From Felis catus (taxonomy: Eukaryota): a stretch of DNA of 64,000 bases. The notes beneath the pieces are model-generated. The model searched no databases. It had not been told where the DNA came from and worked only from the letters and a program-made list of their open reading frames with translations. Location: contig NC_058369.1 in the NCBI RefSeq assembly GCF_018350175.1, positions 21,082,001-21,146,000 of the forward strand. Reading direction: 5' to 3'. Below are positions 17,601 to 29,600 of this stretch, piece after piece. Every line of letters starts with the position of its first letter. Within the stretch, counting starts at the first letter, position 1. Made by a program: the position numbers and the translations under genes.

Positions 17601-20600
17601 CTCTCCCCCTCCCTCCCTCTCTCCCTCCCTCTCCCCCTCCCTCTCTCCCCCTCTCCCTCCCCCTCCCCCTCCCCCTCCCTCTCCCTCCCTCTCTCCCTCC
17701 CTCTCTCCCCCTCCCTCCCTCTCCCCCTCCCTCTCCCCCTCCCTCCCCCTCCCCCTCCCCCTCCCTCCCTCCCTCCCTCCCTCTCCCCCTCCCTCTCCCC
17801 CTCCCTCTCCCCCTCCCTCCCTCCCTCTCCCCCTCCCTCTCCCCCTCCCTCCCTCCCTCTCCCCTTCCCTCTCCCCCTCCCTCTCCCCCTCCCTCTCCCC
17901 CTCCCTCTCCCCCTCCCTCTCCCCCTCCCTCTCCCCCTCCCTCTCCCCCTCCCTCCCTCCCTCCCTCTCTCCCTCCCTCCCTCCCTCCCTCTCCCCTTCC
18001 CTCTCTCCCTCCCTCTCCCCCTCCCTCTCCCCCTCCCTCTCCCCCTCCCCCTCCCCCTCCCCCTCCCTCCCTCCCTCCCTCCCTCCCTCCCTCCCTCTCC
18101 CCCTCCCTCTCCCCCTCCCTCTCCCTCTCTCCCTCCCTCTCCCTCCCTCTCCCTCTCCCTCTCTTCCTCCCTCCCTCTCCCTCTCTTTCTCCCTCCCTCT
18201 CCCTCTCTTTCTCTCACTGCCCCTCCCCAGCTCGCTCATGCCTGCCCCCCTTCTCTCTCAAAGTAAATTTAAAAAAAAAAGGAAAAGAAAAGAAAAGGGT
18301 ATAGGTACATTCCAGGATAGTAGCAAAATACTGAAGACTATCAAAAGTCCAGTGGAGGCGGTTTTTTAAAAAATCACAGGATTTTTGATCATGTAATTGG
18401 ATATTCTGCTAGAAAATGATGGTATAGCTGTGGATTCATTGACAAAGGAAAATAAGTATATTACTGTCTGAAGTGAGAAGGCTATAAAATGGTCCTGTTT
18501 TTTTGAAAATAGGTTTATGTAGGAATATTTGTCCAGGAAAATTCTGAAAGATCATATACCACAATACTAAGAGTCATCTCTGGGTGATAGGTTTTTGGAT
18601 AATTGACATTTAATCGTTTTCTCTCTACGTGATGAAGATATGAAAGAACCCATTCCATTTTTAGGCTTGTCTTTTAGGAAGGGACCTGTAGGTTGTGGCC
18701 TTAAAGGCTCCAATAATGTTTAAAACACAACTTTCTTGAAGTGCTTTCAGAGTATGACAGTTGAACCTTTCTTGGAGTGCTAGATAGAGCCTGGAAATTT
18801 GGTGATAACGCTAGTATTGGATCACTAAGCTTGGAGGGGCTGTGAGGAAAAAGGGTGACATTTACAGATGGCATGTATCTATGTAAATGCTTTGGATTTT
18901 ATTCAGCATATACCAGTAGTGTATGTGGCTAGCAGTTTCCTGTTGTAGGTATTTTTTTTTTTACATTTTCTTTCTGTATGTGAGGAAAAATTTCCATTCC
19001 TTATGAGAGTTTTTCAGAGAAACTATCGGTTAGTATTTTAGGAAATGCTGTTCTTTAAAAAAGCTTTGATTAGTCATTAAAGGCTAAAACTTGGTAAGCA
19101 GCCCTTTGAAAGTATAATTCATTAGTTAAGACCTAGGCCTTTGAGGAACAAATCTCCTGGCTACCTCAGGTTTGCCCAGCTCTGAGCATGGAAAGGCCTG
19201 GGCTGCTCTTCTGAGATAGGTTTGCCTGAGGTAGGCCTGGGCTGGCCCACATCTGAGGTTCTGATTTGAGGTATGCTCTACCGTTTGGAACGTATCGGAC
19301 ATATTGAAATTACTGTTATCACAAGGGCCCATGGGAGTGCCTGGGTGGCTCAGTCGGTTAAGTGTCCAACTTCAGCTCAGGTCATGTTCTCGCAGTTTGT
19401 GAGTTCGAGCCCCTCATCGGGCTCTGTGCTGACAGCTCAGAGTCTGGAGCATGCTTCGGATTCTGTGTCTCCCCCCTCTCTGCTCCTTCCCCAGCTTGCT
19501 CTCTGTCTCTCAAAAAATAAAAAATAAAAAAAAATAAAAAAAAAGAAGAAGCGCCCTGGGTTGTATACATGCAAGGATTTTAAAAAAGTAATTGACCCAT
19601 CATTATCTTAAATCCTGGTTTCTCAGCCGTGGCACTGTTGACCTTTGGGGCTGGATGATTGTCATGAGGATTGTCCTGTGCACTGCTGAGCGGCATCTCT
19701 ATACTCTGCCCCCTGGACGCCAGTAGCCGCCCCAGGTTGTGACAACCAAAATGGCCTCACGCATTGACAAATATTCCCCTGAGGGACAAAATTGCACCTG
19801 GTTGAGAACCACTAGATCTTCAAATGAGTTTGAACAAACAGGACCTGAAAGATTTGTCAGCCTTTTCTGTAGGCTGGATGCTCTAAAGGGAATGTTTCTG
19901 CCGACCTTTGTCCCATCAGCATCCTCACTGAAATTGTTCCCAACGTGTTCCACTTCTTGTGGGGCTGACGTTGGACAGGTCTGGCTCAGGGAACCCTACT
20001 TGTCCTGAGCCTGGTTTTTTGTTTTTTTGTGTTTTTTTTTTTTTTTTTTCGTTAAAATAGAATTCACATACCATAGAATTCACTCTTGTAAGGCATACAG
20101 TTCCTTGGTTTTAGTATATTCACATAGTTGTGTGGATATCACCACTGTCTAATTCCAGAACATTCATCATTCTGAAAAGGAACTGTGTACCCATCAGTAG
20201 TCACTGATGTACTTTCTGTACCCCATGGATTTGCCTATTCTGGACATTTCATATAAATGGAATCATACAAATGTGGCCTTTGTGATGGGCTTCTTTTGCT
20301 TAGCATGATGCTTGCAAGGTCCATTTGTATTGTACTCTGGTCCTTTTTTGGCTGAGTAATATTCTGCTGTTTAGATGTACGACATTACCTTTCAGTCGAC
20401 GGACATTTGGGTTTCCACGTTTTGGCTATTATGCATAATGCTGCTGTGAACATTCACATATAAGTTTTTATATGGACCATATATTTTCCTTTCTGTTGGG
20501 GATATATAAAGAGTGGCATTGCTGGGTCCTGTGGGGAGCTGCCAAAATTTTTCCATTTGACATTCCTATCAGTAATATACAGGCTCTCTTCCCCCCACAT

Positions 20601-23600
20601 CCTTGTCGAACTTGGTACTGTCCACTTTTTTTGATAGCCATCCTAGTGGGTGTGAAGTGGTGTCTCCTTGTTTTGATTTGCATTTCCCTAATGAGGCTGC
20701 CTCTTTTCGTATGCTTATTTGTCATTTGTACACTGTCAGTGGAGAAATGTATTCAGATATCCTTGGCATTTTATTTTTTCATTTTTAATTAAAAAAATTT
20801 TTTTTAATGTTTGTTTATTTTCGAGAGGGGAGAAAGGGAGGGGCAGAGAGAGGGGGAGAACAATACGAACCAGACTGCAGGTTCTGAGCTGTCAGCACAG
20901 AACCCCATGCGGGGCTCAAGTCATGACCTGAACCGAAGTCAGACACCCAAACCAACTGAGCCATCCAGGCGCCCCTCCTTGGCAGTTTAAAAAATTAGGT
21001 TACTTGTGTTTTTGTGGTTGAGTTTTAGGAATTTTTTAAATATATTCTGGGTATTAGACCCTTATCAGAAATGTGATATGTAAATATTTTTCCCATTGTG
21101 CAAATTGTCTTTTCATTTTCTTGGTACTGTCCTTTGAAACTCGAAAGTTTTAGATTTTGATGAAGTTCATTTCATCCATTTTTTTTTCCTTTGGTCACTT
21201 ATGTTATTGACGTCCTTAGAAAGCATGGTCTAATCCAAGATTACAGAACTTTAGAGCTTTGTTTTCTTCTTCTAAGACTTTTATGGTTTTAACTCTTATA
21301 TTTAGGTCTTTCATCCACGTAGAGTTAGTTTTTGTTTATCGTGTGAGGTAAGGGTCCAACTTCATTCCTTTGCAGTGTGGATTTTGATAGCAAGGCAAAA
21401 AAGCAGTTCATCTGTCTGTGGCCAGCTCTGAGCCGGAGAATCCAGGGGCTGGGGCAGCCCAGCCGCCTGTGTTGCAGTGAGTGGGTGGGTACACCTCGGC
21501 ACTGGGCCTGTTGCTGTGCTGTTTCCCCTCCAGATAGCTGTGGCTCAGTACTCCTGGAACTCTCAGTGACAAACCTCATCCCAACACCCCCCAAGCAGAG
21601 GTTTTCAAATTCAGTGAAATGGAATCCCACAGAGAATTTTAGCACACCATTTTGAGGCAGGATGTCAACCAGTGGACTTAGGAGGCAAGCCGCTTCCTGA
21701 CTGTTTCTTCTAAGTCAGTCATTTGACCTCTCTGTGTCTCAGTCCTTCCTTTGTAAGCTTGGGGGTGATGTCCCCCAAGCTTGAGAATTGGTGGAGACCG
21801 TGCAGTGAAGGTAAAGAGCCTGGAAGAGCAGTGGGCCCATGGGGGCTCACCAAATGCCATCCAGTGCTGGCTGCCCTGGTAAGGAAAGGCATCCAGTTTT
21901 TGTCAAAGGTGGCATTTCTGTCATTTTCTTATTTTAAAGCCAATTGTCTAGGACGAAGGTGCTTTATGAAATTTGAAATCAGGAGCTGTGATAGGACTGT
22001 TACCACCTTAACATCAGCCTTAGTATCTGCATCCATTCTTTGTCTCAGTGGCAAGGTACTGAGGCTGTGAGTGGTAGCAGATTTCTCTGCAGCATCCTTA
22101 TGGTCTTGGAGCTCTCCCCAGTAAATATTTAGCCTTGAATGTCTCAGTGGGGAATTTTTACTTAAAGCCGAATTGCACATAACATACCCGTCTCCTGCTA
22201 GAATGCCTCATCACAGTCATGAAATAAGAGCTATATAGGGCCTGCCAACCCTTAGCATGTGTGTGAGTGAACCACGTAGTGACATGTGATGGCGTCCCTT
22301 GTTTGTGCCCTGCTAACAAGTACTCTGTGCTCTGCCCAAGCAGAAGCGTCGGACTGGTCTGGGGTTGTGTCTTGAGCACAGGCACGTGTGCTGTGGGGTG
22401 CACTGGGTCCCAGGGTGCCACATGCACAGACGTAGCTTTTGATCTACAGCCTGACTAGTTTGTGACGCATTTGTGTGCAGCTCACACTGCTGCCTGAGGG
22501 CGTACACCAACACGTGGTCCTGGTAGGCGGCTGATTGACTGGTCTAGCACCCATTTAGGGATGGTTTTTAATGGTTTTTAAACATACCTAATTTTACTGA
22601 AAAATGTTTTGAGGTATAAAGAATGTCTTTTTTTAAAACTGCATTTTGGGGTGCCTGAGTGGCTTAGTCAAGTGTCGCGGCTCTTGATCTCGGCTCAGGT
22701 CATAATCTCCCATTTTGTGAGTTCAAGCCCTGTGTCAGACCTTACACTGACAGCACAGAGTCTGCTTCGGATTCTGTCTCTCCCTCTCCCCCACTCACAC
22801 TCTCTTTCTGTCTCTCTCTCTCAAAATAAAGAACTGTAAAAAAAAAAAAAAAAAAAGCATCTCAATTCAGACATTTGTGGCACCCCAAAGCACTTTAGGT
22901 CCCCTCCACCCAGATTGGGTGAGGTGTGTGGGAGTCACCTTTCCCTTCAGGTGACCTAACAGAATCTGCAGTGGCTTAGATGGGGGGGGGGGGGGCACTG
23001 AACCCCATCCCCACCCTCCCACACCAGGAGAAGGCCTGATTCTGCTCACCTTTGCTCTGCACACAAGGCTACAGCTTAACCAGAATACTCTGAGGAGGCC
23101 AGCAAAATGCTTCTGTTAGGAGACTTGAACTCTCAATTCAGGGGCCAAGATGTTCCTTTTTTCCTGTCCCATGAAGTCTCCCCAGATGAAGATGAGCCTG
23201 GGAGACAAAGTGTTGCAGCAGTATGCACTTCCTGTGCCCCAAAGAGTGGGAAAGAAATTGTCACATAGTTTGCTGCTTAGATTGCCCCGAAGTAAAACCC
23301 CTGCTCTCTGCTTAGCATGAGCCCTTGGCGCTCACTATCTCTCTCAGCTTTCTGTGTTTTCTGGAAATGCCAGCCTTGTCCTATTGGCAGGGTTGGCATT
23401 GAAGCCAGCTGCCCAAAGAAATGCAACATTATTAGGTCAGATGGAGGGCAGGGAGCCCTTTCTTGCAGGAGACCTTTGGGATCCCCAGGGTCACTACTAG
23501 CACAGGTCAGAGAGTTGCTGCTCAGGAACCTGCCTCTTTCAGGACTCACCAGGTGATGCTCAGGCAGCGGACTTAACTTAGAGACGGGCTGTGGCTCTCA

Positions 23601-26600
23601 AAACTATTGGCAGAGAAACGAGCCTTTGGACCATTCCAAGCTCTTCCTAATCTTCAGTTCTTCACAGCAGTCAAGGAAACTATAATGGAGTTTAAGTTGT
23701 TGCAAGAGACTGAAGTTGAACTTCACCATGAATGGAGAGCCTCTCTCCTCCCTAGCTGGAGCCCTGTCCTGCTCAGAGCCTGTGTTGTCCTGGTGGCCCC
23801 TTTTCATCTGACCTTTCGTCTGCTGGGGCCACATTTGCTCGTTTTTCTCCCTTGGGCTTTTTGTCCATTTGTGATGCCAAAGGGGCTTATTCTCGTAGAA
23901 TATGTAAACTGAATTTTAAGCAGCTTAAAGAAATAAACACATTTTAAAAAGCCAGTATAAGGTACTGAAAGAAAAATTAGAGGAATATTTATATAATCCT
24001 GGGGTTGGGGAAGAGCCCTGAAGTCACGAAGAAAAAGAAGCACAGATTAAACAACTTTTATAAAATGGAAAAATCTCTGTGTCAGGAAAACTGCCACAAA
24101 CAAAGGTAAAAGGCATGCACAACAGGAAGAAGATACAGCATGTAAACAACTTTAACATGCCCATCATGTATGAAAGGTAAGGGCACAGACAAACTACAGA
24201 GAAAAACAAGAAAAGGACATTCTGTCTCCAATCTGGTGCCTGTTGAGTCCCATAAATATGTGAGTCGCATGTCCCGGTGGCAGAGCTGTTCCCATGAGTT
24301 ACAAAGGCAACTGTGTGGCCTCCATCTGGGCCTGTTTACCAGAAGGCTGCCATCTGTCAATTTGTTAAAATTCTTACCTGCAGGATTTGCAGCTGGGGGG
24401 CCCTACTGTCCCCACAATTATACACAAAAGCACTGAGGCAGTTGGTGACGTACAGAGAGAGCCTTCAAGGCCAAATGACTGTGCTGCTTTTTGGCCAATT
24501 TCTATAAAATTGGAGAATACGGCAGCTCTCCACCTCAATTTTCTCATCTGTGAAACAGTTCAAAATGCCATCTTCCTCACATGGGGCATTGGGGAACCTG
24601 AGTGTGCCAGTATGCAGTAACTGCTCAGGGGGTTCAGACCCCAGCATACCAGCTGTTATATGACTGTGGGCTTAGCCTGTCAGGCCTCATTAAAGAAGTC
24701 CTTTCCTGCCTCTTCTGTATGAATTTGGGGCCAAGTGGACTGGTGCAGGGCTTGCTGGATAAGCACAGAAAGAGGGCAAGTGCTCACTTGGAATGTGAAA
24801 GAAAGTAGAAACGGTCCCTCGTAGAAGAAATAGGACTTTCTCTCTGTCACACCGTCTCCTAGGATCTTCTGGGGCCAGTTTTGGGAGCTGCTGGCTTCCC
24901 AGCTGGGTCTCTGCATAACCAGGCTTTGCTGGCCTCCTGGGCCTCGTGGGTGAGCCAGGGCCTGTGTGCTGAGAGTCACCACAATAGTCTGCTTTCCATT
25001 CTGCCTTGGAGGTGACATTCCAAATATCCACAGAACTGGAAATATTCACTTTCCTTTCCTGGGCACTTTGACTTCTAGTTTACTTTCTCTTTTGTTATAT
25101 ATCATAATCTCTTTTTGTTACATTACTTTCTAGAGAGCTGGCGTTGCAGCAACAGAGGTGGGTAGATAGCAGGGGATGTGTGCGTCCCAGTGACTGGGGC
25201 AGGGGGACTTCCTAACTGTGGGTTCTGTTTTCTCTGCAGGAGATAAATGGCATCACCGCAGCACTGGCTGAAGAGCTCTTTGAAAAAGGTATGTGGCCGG
25301 GAGTCCCTGAGATACTGTGTAACTCGCCCAGCCCTGTTAGGCAGCTGGGGACCCAGGGTGGCGCAGAACTCCGCCTACATCTGTTGTGCTGGGCTGAAGG
25401 GTCCCAGCCAGGGCCCACCTCCCTGGGGTTTTGCCCAAATCCCTGGATCTGGTCCACAGCTGAGCCTGCCTGTCTACTTGCCCTGCGGGCAGCCAGGTCC
25501 GAGAAGCTATGGACCTTACCTTAGTACTCTTTTGAGTCTCTGTGTTGGGGGCTAACCCCAGGCTCAGGATCTAGTCCGAAGTCCTGAGGTGGAGTTCTGG
25601 AAGGTAGGTGGCAATGCTGCCCTCTTACACCTGGTTTGTCCTTACCTGAAAGAGGTTAGACGTCAAACAGAAGCCAACCCGGGGTCGTGGCCCTGCCAGA
25701 GAGCATAGTAACAGTAGCTGACGTGTAATGAGTGTTTCCCGTAGTTTAGCCCTGTGTTGGGCATCTCACTGCCTTCCTTCCGGGATGTGCAGATGAGGAC
25801 ACTGAGAATGAGAAGCCCGGGAACCTGCTTCAGGGTACATGGCTGGGAGGAGCAGAGCAAGGACCAAGTGCCAGTCTGTCTGGTTGAGAACCCTGCCTCC
25901 TCACAGGTGCTGCACTGGGCTAGCACCTTAGGCCTCAACTGATCACAGAGTGTTTGCACAGTAGAGGTTGTAGTGTGAGTCTGCTGCCCGAATGCCGCCT
26001 CGCATCAGCTTTATCCCAGCTCAGTGCCTCAGATTTTGACTCGGCCTCGCCTCCTGGAGGCTCCCCAGCCGCACATTCTCATGTCCCTTCCTTTGTAATC
26101 ACGTGTCCTGGGTCTGCCCTGTGCCCACGTGAGCTCAGGACCGTAGCTTCGTCCTGAGGGTGCTTGCCAAGTGCTTGTTAACTGTTGGCCAGGTGGGCAG
26201 GTGCCCTGGCTGCACAGTGGGGCTGGTGCTGGATGCTCACCCTGTGGGGCGTGGCTGTTGCAGGAGAACAGCTCCTGGGGGCCGGAGAGGTCTTTGCCAT
26301 CGGGCCCCTACAGCTCTATGCGGTCACCGAGCAGCTACAGCAGGGAAAGCCCACGTGTGCCAGTGGGGACGCCAAGACTGACCTGGGGCACATCCTGGAC
26401 TTCACCTGTCGCCTTAAGTACCTTAAGGTAAAGCTGTGGCAGCTTGGTAATGGAGAGCCACTCCGTTGTGGGCACGTAGCCCGTGTGAGGCATAACAGCT
26501 CATTGGCTGGCAGCATGTGTGAAGGTGGCTGAATGGGCCCTGGGAGAAGGAAGGCCATCTTGGGTGTTCTTGACACTGTGCTTCTGGCTGTGAGCACCAG

Positions 26601-29600
26601 GGGGCGTTGTGACCCAGTGCCCCCTCGCTCAGAACCTCGGCTTTAGCTTGCTTTGTTGACCATGCATGTGGTGAGTGGAGGTGCGTGCCTGCTGTGAGTC
26701 ACGTTCGGCAGCTGCTGCAGCACCGCCTCGTGAATGTGGCTGGGGAGCAGTTGCAGCAGCATCCCTAATTCAAGCCCTCTCTCTGGCCACAGGTTTCTGG
26801 CACAGAAGGACCTTTTGGGACTAGCAACATTCAAGAGCAGCTCCTGCCTTTTGATCTGTCAATATTCAAGTCTCTTCATCAGGTGGAGGTAAGGCCCAGG
26901 AGCCCTGGAGTTTAGGCAGGGCTGAGCCCATGTGGGTGTGGTCTTGCATCTGATCATCTATAGCTGGAGAGTGTCTGGATTTACCCATAAGGCACTGTTT
27001 TCGCATTTGTCAGTATGTGGCAGACTCTGTCCGGGGGGAAGTCTGGCCTACCTGAAGGTAGAGAGAGAGGGGCCTCCACTGCCCTCGGCTGGTCTGCGTG
27101 TCTCCACTCCGGGCACAGGCAGCATTTGGACAGGACAGAGTACCAGTGCTTTGGCTCCCTCCTTCCATTGCTGGAGCTCAAGTGCTGGGGGTGCACCCTG
27201 AGGGTCTGGCAGAGGGCCTCTGCCTCCCAAGTCTGTGCCTCCCAGGGCAGGTTGGCAGAGGGCTTGGAGGGCTCTCTGCTCTCTGGTGTGCCCACGCCTG
27301 ATGCTTTGTATCACTCCCTACTAAACTCCTGGGCTCACGATGCCATTTTGTTAACATTTTTTTAATGCAAGGGGACCCAGTAACAAATTTAAAAAATGCT
27401 TCAAAGCATCTGCTTCTCAAGCATGGGTTTTGCGTTCAGCCCTGTGCCCTTATGTACACTTCTTGATGGAAGCTTCCCAACGGCCCTGTGAGATGGGTAC
27501 TTTCATTCCCATTTTACAGTTGAGGAAACAGGGTTAGGGAAATAAGGAGGTTTGTCCAGGACCGCGAAGTTAATGAAGCTGGGATCTGAATCCAGCCAAG
27601 TCTAACTCCAGAGCCTCTGCTACCCGTTGGACTATGCTGCCTGCACATTCCGGGCTAGTCTCAGAGAACTGGAGGCCCACATCCCTTGATGGGAACCTGT
27701 GGTGCATGCCTCGACCAGTCCTGGCTGAGGAAGGGCTGGGCCCTTCCTAGCCTTAGCCCGCACAGGCTGAGGCCCCAGAGTCGGAGTCTCTGTATGGGTA
27801 GTACTCGCACACGTGCTCTGGCCTCTGGCCCACCCTCCCTTGCTGCAGGACCGCCGAGGCCAGTGAAGTAGGGCTGGGTGAGCAAGAGGGCCCATCACCA
27901 AAGAGCAGAAGCAGAAGGGGCAGAGAGAAGCCCCTTGCTCGCAAGCCCTGCTTTCCAGAGCCTGCACTTCCCATCCACCTGCCAAGCCCCAGCCAGCCCT
28001 TACAGAGAAAATGGAACATCGAGCTCGTGGTTTACTGTGCACATCGCTAGATTCTTCGGAGAATGTTTAGTTAGCACTAAAAATTGGGAAAAAGAGAGAC
28101 TTAGGGTAGAGTTGCCTCCTGCCTCTTAGGATTTGGGTTTATTGATTGTTGTGCTTCTGTTGTGTGTGGGTGGTAGACACCCTTTTCCAAGACTTCTGAT
28201 GGAGCAATGATGCCATTTCTGAGACGTAGTTGTTCTCTGTTCCAGATAAGTCACTGTGGTGCCAGGCACATACGGGGGCTAGTTGCGTCGAAGCCCACCT
28301 TAGCCACAATGAGCGTCCGCTACTCCGCAACCTCTATGAAGGTAAGCTCCACCCATTTCCTGCCTGGGGTGCTGGCTGAGAGACAGGGTCCTCCACAACG
28401 GTCCCCTCTGCACTGAGGATGGGTGTGAGCATCACTGCTGCCTGTCAGAGACACCAGATGCTGGACCATCCCCTGGGCAGCGGCACACTCGTGCGGGTCC
28501 TTGTGGTGCTTGACAGTTCCTGGGATGCTTTAGTCTGTGTCTTCATCAAAAATCAATGCTGTTAGCGGTGCCTGGGTGGCTCAGTCAGTTAAGCATCTGA
28601 CTTCAGCTCAGGTCATGATCTTGCGGTCCGTGGGTCGGGGCCCCGCGTCGGGCTCTGTGCTGATACCTCAGAGCCTGGATCCTGCTTCGGATTCTGTGCC
28701 TCCCTCTCTCTCTGCCCCTCCCCCACTCGAACACTTGTGATCTCTCTCTCTCTCTCTCTCTCAAAATAAACAAACATTAAAAAAAAAGATCAACGCTGTG
28801 AAACAAGGCAGTTGAAGGAACTAGGTCTCCCCTGCCCCCCAAAAGTCACTGGTTTTGGATGTGAACACATTGCTGGGCAGTGGCAAGTGGCAGAACGTTT
28901 ATTAGATTGATAAAAATGTTTCTCCAAGGTTAAAAAGCCCTGGCTTAGCACTTGCTCGTATCTTGTTCTGAGTGGACTTTAAGTAGATAGGTCGTGGAAA
29001 TGCTGGTCCCTGTCATTTGTGTGTGAGCAATAGAAATGCTCAAATTGAGAATGTCAGGGTTTTTTTTCTATTTACCATTTTATGGATTGCATCTTAGTAG
29101 TGTTAAAGTCCATCTCAGGGTATAGAACAAACATAGTGGCTACTTCTGTGACTTACAGTGTATGATCCAGATTTGGGTTTGAAGACTCGAGGCCACTGGC
29201 TGAAATAGGAGGCTTATGTAATGAGCAAGGGTGTGGGGCAATTCGGCCTCTGTCCAAGGCACTCCCTGCTGCCTGGCTCAAAGGGCCCAAATTGATTCAT
29301 TGAGGGAAGAGAGGTCTTCTGGGAAAACAAGGCAGACCTGCCTTCCTGCCCTTTGATGGTGCCCCTGGTCCATGCTGCTACCCTGCAAAGTAATGGCTAA
29401 AAGGGCCTACTATCCTCAGTGGGGACCATAGTGCCAGTCTGGAAAGCACAGTTGCCTGGAAACACCATGAATTCTGAGCTTCAGCTCCTGAGGTTTAAGC
29501 CAGAAAAGGCATCACCACGAAGCATAAGGCTCTTCTGGGTTTGAAAAGCATTTGCTAACGAAGCAGGGTCAGAGCATATCCCAAGTGGCTGTTATGTTGC

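Noticed and set aside
16464..18369. Five 576-616 aa ORFs (Pro/Ser/Leu or Gly/Arg/Glu) on both strands
   Set aside because: A pure C/T tract cannot contain stop codons on either strand; the ORFs start and end in SINE sequence and are artefacts
19333..19420. tRNA-like A/B boxes in SINE heads as tRNA genes
   Set aside because: They are tRNA-derived SINE heads with CT tract and A tail, not cloverleaf tRNAs
23607..23912. 101-aa protein-like ORF in NISCH intron 3
   Set aside because: Non-ATG start, no convincing splice pair, no family recognised; a translated homology search would settle it
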